Origin: Raillietiella orientalis
Taxonomy: Eukaryota
DNA length: 64,000 bases
Direction: 5' to 3'
NCBI GenBank assembly: GCA_036172245.1
Contig: JAYWIR010000033.1
Span: 1,674,001 to 1,738,000 of the forward strand
Part shown: positions 1-12,142 of the stretch, one piece after another
How positions within the stretch are numbered: position 1 is the stretch's first letter
How the letters are laid out: every line of letters begins with the position of its first letter
The notes under the pieces: model-generated
What the model saw: the letters and a program-made list of their open reading frames with translations, nothing else
What the model was told of the DNA's origin: nothing
Database searches by the model: none
Translations under genes and position numbers: made by a program

Positions 1-330
1 CTGGTCTCCGTCGGGCACTGGTACCGCGCCTGGAGAGGAGAGCGGTCATGCTGGACGTTGCCTGCCTTCCGAAGTCGTTCAGAAGCGCTCGAGGAAGAAA
101 GGAGACGCAGCCCTGTCCCGCTGTTGACCACGGATGTTCAGGTGATGGTCAGAGTAGTTCTAAACGAAGAGGTGATGAGGCTCGAAAGCGTCCTACGTTC
201 TCGGCGTGAAGCCAACGTGCGCCAAGAGTGCCGAGCCTGGAAATGAAGAGGCGATGCGATGATGCAGAGGCGGTGCCGCAGATCCTGAAAAGGGTGGCTC
301 CTTGCGGTTGCCTGCAGCATGTCCAACATC
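1..330 (+). mobile_element. RLE non-LTR retrotransposon remnant, endonuclease C-terminus (duplicate of 17544-17873)
   Basis: Cross-frame motifs VMLDVACLP, SEALEEERRR and terminal LAVACSMSNI resemble the RLE LDVxCP..AxxxARxxK region. Bases 1-426 match 17544-17969. Confidence 0.6.
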
Positions 331-1900
331 GACGCCCACAAAAATAACCAATGCTCACTGATGAGGAGAGGGGAAAGGGAGGGTAGTTTTGGAAGCGACA
401 CCGCAACTTCATGCAGGAAGCACAAGTAGATGAAGAAGTTAGAAATGAAGCTGGTAAAGGATGCAAAGATCCTGTCTTTGTCTTTGTCTCTTTGTTTCAT
501 CTACTCTTGCAGCTCATACCGAGAGTCTCTAGGCATCCAATAGGACAGCGATGATTGCTCGCAATCACTCTTGGGTCGCTGACAGTGCTGGGGAAAGCGT
601 TAGGTTCCGATATTTTTTTTTCTTTTCTTTCATGAGGCGTGTACTGGAATTTTGAATGCTGCGATTTCCCTTTGCAATGTACAGACACCACTCGCCTGTG
701 TGATTCATCATGCAGTGGCCATCGGACAAATGCGGCGCTCCCACGGAGTTCGTGATTTCCTTCATCAGAGAAGCTGAGGGCTACCAGGAATTGGTTCTCT
801 CACCAAATACTTTACTGCCAGAAGTCTTGAGCTCAAGATTATTCCTTCCACTATCCTCCCGTGAGGAATCCCGACTTTGGAGTTCTCCACCTTAGATTTC
901 ACCTCGGATTTATTACGACTGCAACTTCTCTTCTTCTTCTTCAAGATTGCGGGAAGTAAGACACTCTGACGGGGATTGTGGGCTCTCTGGACAGGAAACG
1001 CATTTTTAACATGGTAGCAAAGAGGGAAGGAAGGTTAACCAAAATGGGCTTTCCCTTACCGGAAAGGAATAACGGAAAATACCCAACATTTGAGTGCAGA
1101 GATTCGCCATTCTCCATTGCAAAGCTGCTCCAGAATCCTCTCTGTGTACGTTCTCCTGGAAATCCGGTCATGTCCTCACGATTTCTGGAGAGACGAAGGA
1201 TTGAAACGGGAGCTTTCATTTTCTGTCCGATCGTTTTTTGATGGTGCGTCGATATGCAAGAGGAATTTGGAGGATCTCTCCGAAGGTCGAAAGCAAAAAT
1301 AACTTTTCATCTCCAGTTCTAATCTTCTTTCTCTTCCGATCGCTCTTTCTTTACCTCCTTCGACTGCGACGTGATAGAGAGGCGAGAAACGAGTTGCAAT
1401 CTCGGAGAGTGAGTGCTTTTCAAAGGCGAGCAGTGGGGTCATAGATTTGGCGCACTTGGAGGCATCGTAGAGACGAGAATGCCCTTTGAACAGACTCCCG
1501 AGGCCGACTCTTCCGGAAAAGGCTTTTTTAAAGGCACGAAATAACCAGAGGAAAATGCCGCAGGATGACTCCAATTTCAACGCAAAAAATGCTCGCCCAT
1601 ACGTGTGGTCACGCACTTTGTCTTCCCGGATTGACGCAGATTACAGGGATTTTCTGTCAATTTCCCAATCGGCCGAGGGATTCCCGAATTCATTTCCGAA
1701 ATGACAAATCGCAGCTCCTCTGACTTTTGCTGGAGCTCCTGCGTCGCACACTCCTGAGCTACAGGAGCGCTTGAAGCAGCATCACAGGGCTCTGCCGTGG
1801 CGGAACGGGTGGCTGCCGCACGATGGCAGCATTCAGATGCACTCAGATGCAGGAGTCTGGGATGCCAATTGAACTGATGGACTGATGCGCTCTTCATTCG
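330..1900 (-). mobile_element. Degenerate RLE non-LTR element (RT-proximal to endonuclease and 3' UTR)
   Basis: Minus-strand ERKEKKIS...IGCLETL (ORF 497..691) resembles RKxxKY...VGxLGxW. Bases 430-640 are visibly homologous to 18005-18255. Confidence 0.45.
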
Positions 1901-2029
1901 ACCTCACGCCAGCGTCCAGCTCTTCGTTGCAACTCGACGATTTCTCCATCCGCTTTCTATTCTTCCATTGGCCTGTAGCTGACTGCCTTTCTCGCGTTCT
2001 TCAGGAACCAATTTTTTGTAACTGGTTTT

Positions 2030-2700
2030 GATTTATCCGCTTGCCGCAAGGATCTCTCTGACGGAGATCACTTCGACTTCACGAGTGCTGCTCTTATCCA
2101 GGGCTTTCATGCCGCCAACAACCTCCCCGAAGGAATCTCTTGTGACCACTTACATAGGAGCAAACGAGATTCAAGAATGGTACGGAGAGGAATCGTTCGT
2201 CTTCTGTTGCTGCCCGCAGGCAGCTACGAATCTGAAGGGTAGCAGTCGTTTCTTTGGTCTCGGACACAACTTGCTTGTTCAGGTTTGGTACATACAATGT
2301 ATGGCTCCAGGGGAATTTTTTCCACATTGTTCATTTTCCGATCGGAGAAGCTCTGATGGGTGATCCGGAATTGATTTCGGGAAAGTTTCTTGCCGGTAGC
2401 TGAATGCTGGCCACGCCATCGCCACCTCTGATTCGCAGTTTCTGTCTTTTTGCCCAGGGAGACTCGAATTCTCCACACATCTCTTCCTTTCTCGAGCCTC
2501 ACTAACGCAGGGGTGTTCCTACTCTGCCAGCAAAGAGGGAAGTGCCTCTCCTCTCTGCTGACAGAGTGCCTTCCCTCCTTTCCTTCCTTCCAACTCTGCT
2601 GGAACGTTCTCACATGGACAGGCAGCATCCAGACCGGGTTCTCTCGCTTTGGTTTCTGAAACCACTGCTCACATCATCCCGCCTTCCTGGTCACAGCATC
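2030..2700 (-). mobile_element. Degenerate RLE non-LTR element, zinc knuckle/endonuclease region
   Basis: Minus-strand RIRVSLGKKTETANQRW (KARLN-like) and FLSVPFLN (VPFEN-like) in ORFs 2224..2628 and 2094..2327. Confidence 0.4.
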
Positions 2701-3899
2701 ATTACTCAAGAAGGCAGTACTGACGACCTGAACATCAGCAGAAAAGAATACGAATAGGGTAAGGCGGAAAAGAGGGGGAAAAAAAAAAAAAAAATTCCAA
2801 GTGCTCCAAACGATGCAGATTCTCGATCCACCATTTTGACACGCTGCAAGATGAAAAAAAGAAAAGAAAAGAAAACAAAGCTCTCTCTCTCTTTGAGCTC
2901 AGAGAGGTCGAGTGGAACCTCAATCGGTGCGTTCGGAGCCGCACGTGCAGTGTTACCAATCCAAGTGGATGCGCGCGCATCCTAGGAGACCGCGGTTCAC
3001 CACTTATCAGACGGCGCTTACCTCTTACGGGAAGGCCGAAATTCGTTTTCTTTACGCCGCATCGCAACGCAGCGGCGGTATGCTCCTCTTCACTGCGATT
3101 CGATCCCAGAAGTCGCAAAAATCACGTCACATCCTTGGTTATTTCCTCAACCCCTTCCTCCTCGCCCCGACCCCCGACCTTCAAATCCCAGTTACGACAC
3201 CTGTGCGGGCTGGGGCGCAGGACGAGGGAACGCGGAGTTTCCGATGGGCCCACGAATGCTCTCCAGGGCCAGCCGTGGACAGCGCGGAGGCACCCCAAGG
3301 CATCATTCTCCTTTCTCTCGGAAGTACGCGAGCCGGAAGCGCGGCACGGGCGGAAGACCTTCCCTCCGATGGGGCAGCGGCCGGGAGTCCGCGTTGGCCG
3401 CGCGCTCCAGCTTGCGAAAATTCGGAAGGACCATTCCGGGAGGACGGTTGTAAATTGGGTCATTATTTTCTTCCGGATCCGTCCTTCCCGGCGAATGTAA
3501 TGCGTACCGTCTCGGAATCCTGAAAAAGCAACCAGATAATTAAAACCAGGAGCACACAATCTCCTCCCAAATAAAGTGAATGCAGCACTTTTGATTGTGC
3601 AACGAAAGGAGCATATGGGAAGGAATAGGAGCGTAGGTGGGAGCAAACATAATTGAATTATATTAACGTCATCTCGATTCTTGATAGGAGCGAAAAGCAA
3701 TCAGGGTTTCCCAAGAGAGCTTCTTTTCATGCAAAACAAACACCCGACCTCCCAAAGGAACGGAAGGGTTGGTGATGAAATCTATCTTGATAACTTGGAT
3801 CCTACTAGCACATGAATCACGGATGCTTATTATCCCTAGTTTCTTGAAATATAATAAGATCCAAGGATCTCAATCAACGCATCCATGGTAATGACCGTC

Positions 3900-4700
3900 A
3901 CGATACAAATGTGTCCGCGAGTCCTGCGGACATCCCCTCAACCGACGCTGCTCATCTCGAAGAAAGGTTTCGTTCCAAAACGCCATTTAATTGGAATACA
4001 TCGATTTTGCGAAGGGGGGGGAAAAAAAATGAGACAAAGGAAGGGTGTGCTGCTTGCTCGAACCGCGTCCACGCCATCTTTTAACGAATTTCGGGATGCG
4101 AGCAGCTGAGGCAGACTTCGCCTGCCTCAGGAGCTCGGCACACGTGCAGAAGTTATAAATGCGAATTCTCTCTCGGTCATTGGATCGAGGGCGCCCCCAT
4201 GTAAGTAGAGGAAACTGTGTCTCGAATACCTTTGACCCTCGACTGGGGAAAGCAGCCCCGCATCGGAACGTCTTGCGACCCGCGACGCTCTCCGTAGGCA
4301 AAGACTTGCGCACCCGGGTCACGCGGCGGCAAGGTAACCTGACCGCGGGACCGCATTCTGGAACTGATTTCCGTTGATGCAAGTGACTTGGTCTCGGGGC
4401 AGACCGCCTGGGCTGACCGGAGCAGCCCAAGGTGATTGCAGAAAGTGCATCCCGCAGAAGAGCGCGTGCCGCATCCATGGTACAGAGCGGAACGTGCAAG
4501 AAAGACTCTTCGCCTGTGCCACGCTGCTGCTGCATCTTCGTGTCTGTCTTCCAGAGGAAACAGGTGTGGTGATTTCGACGCTCGCGGTGCGTCATCCATC
4601 CAGTTCGGTGGATGTGCTGCAGCAGGCAGCATGCTTCCTCCAGGAGAGCAAACGGTGAAGCCGAGTGAGAATTTGAAAACGCTTGCACCGGTGAAGCAGC
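3900..4700 (+). mobile_element. Possible RLE non-LTR remnant (thumb to CCHC)
   Basis: IHRFCEGG (LYxxxxxGGLG-like), then KSACRIHGTERNVQERLFAC (CRxC..ET..H..C-like). Confidence 0.3.
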
Positions 4701-5120
4701 GAAATCTCTTCTGGTGAAGATAAGAGAATGGTTGGACGGATTGCATGTGATTCCCAGAGTCTGAAGTAAAGGTAATGGTCATAGCTTCCAAGATATTCCG
4801 CGCTGATCAGATCAAACCAGAGGCAAACAGCAGCAGCTTGTCCACGTCAGAAAAAAGACCAATCGCCCAGGAAAGATTCTTAAAAGAGAGAAAGGCTTGT
4901 GAGGGGGAGCGATTTCCTTCGAGTCAAGAGGAATTGGGTCTGGAAGCTTAGAAGAACAGAGTGAAATGTAGAAACCAATCATCGGAAGACAAAAAAAAAA
5001 AACTACTTGTGGCATCTGCTGAAGAGGAATTTCGTTTAAAGCTTATTTGAGATGGTCGTCTGTGCGGTGCTTCCTAATGAATCAACAGAATCGGTCCCCC
5101 AATAGAATTCTTTCCGAAAC

Positions 5121-5877
5121 TAAGAAGCACATTCCAAAAGTAAGAGCCGATCGGATGTAAAGAAAGAAGGAACGAATAAGAGGAGGAAAAATGCATTGGT
5201 GGTTCGAAACACGCACATCCCCACGTCCTCTTTCCGTGAGGTCACCATTTTTTTCCCCAAACACTTTGGACACCGTGGAGGAAGCTGTTTTGAAAGCCCC
5301 TGCTTGAAATCCCGCCGCCTGGGAGTTCGGCCACTTCAGCAGCACTGCAGTCTTCAACTCCGCACACCCCTCGGTGAAGAAACGTGGATTTCGTACGTCA
5401 GTGTCGAGCCAACATTCCACGCAGTGCCACAAGAAGTTGAGAAAAAGTGCAAGCAAACCTCCAAGAAAGACCGTGGCACGTTTGTTCCGGGACCAAAAGG
5501 GTGTGTGTGTGCTTCTGCTGAACTCTGTGGAGCCTGGAACAGCCATCACTCCGCAAGTCCACTGTGGGTAGAACCGGCGGCGTTGGAATGCCGAGATCAG
5601 GAATTCTTCTTCGCCTTGACGACGAAGCGCTCCTTGGCAACACATGCTGTCCAGACAGTTCAGACAAATGGGAACTTTTCGATCACCCAGTCGCGGCCTC
5701 GCACCCAGTGACTACCACGCTTCCTTCCTGCACCACAAGAAGTGGCTCAACGCGAGTGACCTCACGGAAAGAGGACGTGGGATGTACGTGTTTCGAACCA
5801 CCAATGCATTTTTCCTCCTCTTATTTGTTCTTTCTTTCTTTCTATCCGATCGGCTCTTTCGAGATGAGTCCCCCGTA
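5121..5877. mobile_element. Non-autonomous mariner derivative with two inverted right ends
   Basis: Plus strand has KTVARLFRDQKGV (KxMxTVFWDxKGV), GTAITPQVHC and KWELFDHP...APSDYH. Bases 5144-5245 are an inverted copy of 5756-5856. TA lies at 5121-5122 and 5876-5877. Same family as 45195-45724. Confidence 0.75.
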
Positions 5878-5899
5878 CGTTCGGAGAAATCTTTCTGAT

Positions 5900-6290
5900 A
5901 TACTACGTTACATTACAGAACGGTTGAATTTATGCTCGAGCTCCCAGGATTGGTTTGCGGCTTGGATGAGACTGCGGAACAGAGCTCAATTTTTTTTTCT
6001 ATTGGCCGGTTACACCAAGATAGATGAAGAGATGAAATTATTTCTTGGTGAGAACAGAGAGTTCCAAGATACCCGGAAGCAAACTGGTTCATGAATTTTG
6101 TCAGCTGTTGCGCTGACCACTTTCGCCGATGCTTGAAAGCTGACATGTCTTGAGGCCAACGTGTACACATCGATGAAGCCGTCCACTTCGAGCAACCAGG
6201 CGAAACCGCTACGTCATTTGGACAAATCAACGTGCTGGGAAGCGATCCCCGTGCTATGGGCAACGGACAGGGATGCAAAGTACCTTCGAA
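5900..6290 (-). mobile_element. Possible LTR-retrotransposon integrase remnant
   Basis: FIDVYTLASRHVSFQASAKVV (vDxFT...TAxxV) and ISSLHLSWCNRPIEK (SxYxPxxNGxxER) in adjacent frames. Confidence 0.35.
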
Positions 6291-6548
6291 TCCGTGTTCT
6301 TACGGACTTGCATCTTTGTTCATTCTTTCGTTCTGTTCCCCTCTCGATCTCCTACACGGCAATCCCACCCCTCAGCGTAAGTAAAAAATGGAAGCTTATC
6401 AAGCGACCCACGACACCCATTCCTCACAACAACTTCCCAACACCTTCAACCAATCACCCTAACACCCGGTATCCATAAATTACTCCAAGTACCAACCGAT
6501 GCTGTTCCCCATTTTTGCACGGGAAAGAGAAAATTTTGCCGCAAGCAA

Positions 6549-6571
<23 letters not shown>
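6549..6571. repeat. (CA)n microsatellite followed by poly(A)
   Basis: Direct reading. Confidence 0.9.
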
Positions 6572-6583
<12 letters not shown>

Positions 6584-7253
6584 AAATAGGTTGTCATACG
6601 TTTGTTGTTCTGGTTGGAGGTGCGGATGTTCCCAGAAATGTTTATTGCAGTGACTTGCATTTATGAGTGTGAGGGCACCGTCATACACGAATATTTGGAA
6701 AAAAAGGAAGAAGTGAAGAATGGAGCTGAGAGTGCACACAGAAAACAGATGGCACGACCGGGTTGATCATGAAGATCTGCCTGGGAAAGGAAAAAGAAAG
6801 CGTTTCCCTGAAGCACAATGGGAGCTCCACTTTCGTACGCTGCATGTACACACTGATCACGCTCGCGGGTTCTGTGGTGTAGGAGGAGGGAGCACTCATA
6901 CAGAAATCACGTCGAAGTTTGGAGCGTTCGCAAAGGAATTTCGGATCTGTCAGCATCCGACGCTTTGCCATTCATCGAAGTGGTTGCCAGGACCCTGCTC
7001 TCCGTCAGCATCTTTTGGCAATTATCTCTCTTATCTACAAGAATAACGTCAATGGCTAATTATCAGAGAGGCGTGTCTTCCCGACTGTGGTGAGTCACCC
7101 TGCCATCGTGCTGATTTATATACAGGATCATGGGATCATTATATCCCAGGCTGCTATCAAAAGGATATTCACATGTGATATGTATTCTACCCCTTTGAAT
7201 GCAGCCAACTACAATGACAAGTACGATGGTGCGTACAATCTGATGGAGGGTGT

Positions 7254-7560
7254 GAAGAAGATATGAAGAGGATATAAAGGGGATACAGAGAAGATATGAA
7301 GACGGTATGAGGACAGTATGAAGAGGATATGCATTCCTGAATCCGGGAATGTGGACCTGCAGTGCGGGAAGCTCACGTCGGGGCGTTTAGTTTTGAGGAA
7401 GAATAAGCGCATTCAAAGAAGGAAGGCTTTCCTACGGAACTCCAGGAATGCAAGAAGAGCCTATGTCTCCGACTCCCACCATTCCTCCTCCTCCTAGGCG
7501 GGCTATGCCAAAAGACCGCACACGCTAAACGAAGGCGACGACAACTTGAAATCGCAAAGG
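7254..7560 (+). repeat. Dispersed repeat with a 7 x 11-bp minisatellite (GAAGAGGATAT) at its left end
   Basis: Seven degenerate 11-mers at 7254-7330. Bases 7320-7560 are colinear with 14962-15170. Confidence 0.75.
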
Positions 7561-7689
7561 GGGAAAGCACCCGTCGTAAATGTGAGGGATATCGAAGTAA
7601 CGATGCTCTCCATTAAAAAAAAATCGATGCAGTTTGTGGTTATTTATTTTACTTTTCGTTTCATTCCACTCAGGAGGCGCTTGTGATTG

Positions 7690-7990
7690 GGCAGCGGGTT
7701 GCGCTGACGTCGCTCTTCGGGATCGCCAAAAGGAAGGCTTGGGACAGCTGCGATGGCTTCCCGGCGAAGAGAGAAAATCACTCTTGCAGCGACCAGCGAT
7801 ACGCATCCGTCCGGATGGAGTCCATCTTTGGATTCGCGGGGGCATCTCCGCGCAATCGGATCCCACGAATCGCCAATTTGGAAGGGTGGGAAAGGGCACT
7901 TTCCATTTTTTGTGCTGTGCACCTTCGTTCTTCGGGAATCCGCACGCATTTTCTGTGAAGGGACAGCATTCCATCGATAACAGGTGAAAC
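7690..7990 (+). mobile_element. Possible Tc1/IS630-type transposase remnant
   Basis: RIRPDGVHLWIRGGISAQSDPT resembles KHPxKVHVWxGISxxGxT. Confidence 0.3.
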
Positions 7991-8049
7991 CTCCGGTCCA
8001 GCACTTTGTGAGCGTTCCCACTGGATACTGCTGGGGGCTCAGAGAGCCA

Positions 8050-8490
8050 GCCACGCTGTCCAGCGCGGTCTGGAGGCGGTTGGGGTCACGGAACAGACGA
8101 TTCTCAAGAGGCTCGCGCCTTCCCGCATTTCGGGGGGATGCTCTCCAGGAAGGGTTTCGCCAAATTTCGCTCCGAGGAAATTCGGCGTCCGCTTTTCCTT
8201 TCCAAAGTTCCCGCGGGACGACTGCTGGGGCCTGGAATTCTTCCTGGAGTCTCTTAGCATGCTAAGGGCAGGAAGACGGCCTTTTCGCCCGCTCTTTCCC
8301 CGTCCTTCAGGAGACCCTACGAAGCGCTTCCGGGGAACGCTCGCACTTGCCCTGCCCGCTCGCGGCTTACGACCGTCGGCGGGTGAGCCCTGAATGGGGA
8401 CTTGCAGATGAGGAATCGGGCGCTGTGGTAACGGGGGAACCCCGTCAGAGGTCCGCCGAGTCGTTGTGACGCGGCAAATCAGATTCGGGA
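8050..8490 (+). mobile_element. Possible CR1/Jockey-type LINE RT remnant
   Basis: VTEQTILKRL, FQSSRGTTAGAWNSS, FRPLF and VTGEPRQRS are degenerate RT domain 0-4 motifs in order. Confidence 0.3.
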
Positions 8491-9339
8491 AAGGGGGGAG
8501 GGGGAACAAAGGGCGTGATCCTGCTAGAGAGAGATCCTCCAGCCTCCGAGCGGACAGCGGCGGACTCTCCCAGGCGGTCGTCATTGCGGCCTCCTAGGAG
8601 ACGCCGTCCTCCCGAAAAAAAAAAAAATTCGGAGACGACCAGAACGCGAAAGCGCTCGAGGAATGGGACGAAAAAGGGGGGGGGGAGGGACAGCCAGCGG
8701 TTGTGCTCGTCCTCCCGCTGCTCAAAATTAGCATCCGCGGCGCGCGGCGGTTGCCGATGCTGGCCGTCTCCCCGAGGGAAGAAACGAACTCTCGATTTTA
8801 GCATTCATGTCTTGCAGGACGCGGAGTTTCGCCCGTTTGCTTTCGGATGGTTCCAGAGAGGGGGAGGGGGGAGACCGGGTAGCCGAAAACGCCTGGGTTT
8901 CCGGATGACTCGATACGTGCGTACTTCGAATTCCCTCCGGGAAAGGAAAGGGCGAGGGCGGGGGGAGGGAGGGAAGGCGTGGTGCTGATTTGCCGGACGG
9001 GAGCAGGCGGACTTCGGGTTGCGGCCGTTCCTCGCGCGCCCGTTTTTATCGGCGAGCGGTTTCCAGGGAGATGGCGCCCCCGTGACCGACGAGTGCTGTC
9101 GGTCGGTGGATCGAACTCCGGCGGCAGGGACTCTGCAGGCATAGGGAGCTGATGCGCATGAATCATCTTGCAAAGGACGACTCGCGCGCGACACGTGGTG
9201 CAGTCCTTCTCTATCCATCGCCAGAAAAAATAAATAAATAAAAATAAATAGATGGCTGGATGTGGGAAACGATTTGCAAGGCTTCCGAGCAGATAGAGAT
9301 ATCTCCTCCGCTTTCCGGAAAGCCTAGGAGACGTAGGGT

Positions 9340-9950
9340 CGTTGCCGACACCTTGGGAAGCGAAGGGGATGAAGCCTCCTCCAGCTGTCCATCAGGGAGA
9401 GCGCGTGGTGGAAAAACCCGCTGCTCCGATTCGCTGCAGCTTCACTTTTGACGCCACAGACGTCGAGGATGTTTACTTCCCGCCGTCTGCAAACATTTAC
9501 TGTGAAGCGTGCCATGTAAACAACTTCCCGTAAATATTGTCCCGGCTGCAACGCAATGACACTGAACTCGCGTGCACGCGGTTGCTGCGCAGCATTTTCG
9601 TTTGTTTCCGTTGGAGAGTAGCAGCAGCACACGGCTGGCGTCGGTGTCCGTGTGTTTGCGGCCTCCGCGCGCCGTGCACAGCGTCCCCGGTTTGAATCCG
9701 GCCCCCTTCCCACAGGACGACGCGGGTTGGTCTTTATGGTCTTCGGGCGCTGATGCACTGGTGGAATCCGGGACTCCTTGGATGTCCCCGTTGACTGGAC
9801 GAGGTAGGAAGTTTTTGACCCTCCAGGAATCCAAGGAGCACCCCGATCCCTTCGCCTACCATGAAGCCGGTTGCCTTGCTTATCTAGAGTGCCAGAAGAG
9901 CGCTGCTCCCTTCGGGGAAGCGTCTTCCAGCGAAATTTGGGGGAGTCCCT
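9340..9950 (+). mobile_element. Possible N-terminal zinc-finger region of an RLE element
   Basis: DVYFPPSANIYCEACH followed by further Cys pairs, interrupted by stops. Confidence 0.25.
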
Positions 9951-10159
9951 TCTAAGTTTTCTTCAAAGGAGTAAACGAGGAGCGGTTGGTTTCCAGGTTC
10001 TTCCTTCAGGAGAAGAAATGAAGAGAGGTCCCCACAAACGAGAAGGGGATCCCTCCGGAGAGAATGAGGAAGAAATTGCCATCAAGGCCCCCTCCCAAGA
10101 AAGAGTAGAGAGGGTAACGAACACCTTCCTGCGTAGCCCCTCCTAGATTCACAGGGTGA

Positions 10160-12140
10160 TCCTACCGGGTTTTTACTCCCCCTATAACTCCCAGGTTCCC
10201 CGGCGGACTAGAGCTCCGGCGAGTGGCCAAGCTGACCAGGACCAACAACTGGATCTTCTGCCGGTCCACGAACACTAGTGTCTGACTGAAGGAAATCGGA
10301 GACAACCAGGACAAGAGGGCTCCCTCACAAGAGAGGGATTCTATAGCCTTACCTGGAATCACAGGGTGGTCGCCCTTAAAGATCCACTCCCTATGAGTTG
10401 CGGAAGAGTTGCACGCACCCTCAGGTGGCATGGGCAGGTGTTGAGGACAGCTTCGTGAACCTCTGGGCTCTTGAACCAAAAAGAACACCACGTGTCCAGA
10501 ACTTCTACGGCCAAATAGCGGCAGGATTGTGTGGTTGGGATGTTCCCAAACACAGCGATGACTACTTTCCCTCTCGACGATGCTCTCCCAAACATCCTTC
10601 CCTGACAACATTCTCCTATGGGTGGATATTGTCTTTTGGTTAGCAGCTTTGTGACGATGGAGAACTGGATGCATTCGGAACATTGGGTCCTGTCTAGGGA
10701 CACGTCCCTTCCGTCTAAACAGTTCCTCTTCCTTCGATTTTCTCCCAGGGAATGTATTGCATGCCTTATACTTACTTCCGGTCTTCTTCCAGTATGGAGA
10801 GCGCGCGAAGATGGCTTCGCGAAGAGATGAGTTTCCGCCTCTGTTTCCCTCCAGAAGCTGCGCATCGAAGGGACCTTTTGCGCTAATGCTTGATTTTCGC
10901 TCTCCTCCGAAGTTCTCTGACATCACGGGGTTGTCCTGAACACCTCGATGCAACTTTTCTTTTCCTGGGCATCCGGCTATCCACCGGTGCCCCACCCGGA
11001 TAGGCGAACCAGCGCCATCCTGCGGTAGGAGTAAGAAACCCCATAGTTCAAGATGACTGTCCCTCCCTATCGGCTGGTGCCGTGCAAATCGAAGCGCTGT
11101 CCCCTACTCGACTTTTGCTTCGAGGAGTTGCCACTGAAAGATCTGTGATGGAGCTGACGATTTGATGGCAGTTTTTTCTGTTCTTGCGCATCCAATGGAG
11201 GATGCAGTTCAGGATACCAGGAGTAGCAGCCCTGTGTTCCCAAATTCAGAGACCCTACAGTGGAAAAGATGCTCCCTGCTCCCTGAGAGAGCTACTAGCG
11301 CATTCCGGCAGCCACCACTAACTGCTGCGGAGTCGCGACTGGTCCGATGCTTCCAGATAGACGAGAGGATGGAACATATGGCCTGAGGATGAAACACCCC
11401 TGAACCGAGTTGTGAGGACTGGGGGCGGCACCTCCTCAGAGGGCGAAACGTAGCGAGACTTGGGTTTCACGCCGCTCGCCCTATCCAAGGAAACGAAAAT
11501 GGACCTACGGGTGATGAAATCCTGATGCCTCCGGAAATTTGCCATTCAGTCCCATCACTGTTGCCTCGATCAGTTTCGGAAGCTCGTCACCATGCCAGCC
11601 GTCTTGAGTTTCCGCCCTGCCAGAAAATCCAGTCTGCATTGCAAGAAGAATCTACCAGAGAACAATGGAGAAGAGGCTGTTGGAACCAGACTCACGTTTT
11701 CCTGCAAGAAAGTTGCAAGTAAAAAGGATTTCTATGTGCTCATCAAAATACTGCCACATTCCTTGAGATGGCAAGTACGTGCAAGAGTTGCTGGGAAACA
11801 GCATTCTTTTCTCTTCTGCACTGGGAATAAACAGGTGCCACCCAAAGAACACATACCTCTTCGGCTGAGTCTTGCAAGGTATGGTTTCTTTCCATGTTGA
11901 GGTACAGGAAGCACGATGGCTGATATCTCAGAGCATCCTCATGGTGGCATCGTATTCGAGGGCGTATTCGCGGATCTGAGATGACCACTTGGTCCAGAGC
12001 TGTTCGAAGGATAAGCATGGAATCTGATGATTCAGGAGATAGGGCCTTGAACATTACCACTGTATCAGTGGGCGAGCTATCTCCTGATTGGGTTTTTGTC
12101 CTCCCACATCGCTGGGTCACTCCACCAGCCAGGTTCTAAG
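10160..12140 (-). mobile_element. Degenerate RLE non-LTR element (RT to endonuclease)
   Basis: In transcription order: LKECGSIL/NVSLVPT (RT 1-2), TQSCRY...AVLNTCPCHL (CCHC), QTLVFVDRQKIQLLV (PDLV-like). Confidence 0.55.
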
Positions 12141-12142
12141 AT

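Noticed and set aside
2715..2750. Hammerhead-like CTGACGA...GAAA
   Set aside because: Stem II is not closed next to the core, and stems I and III are not evident.
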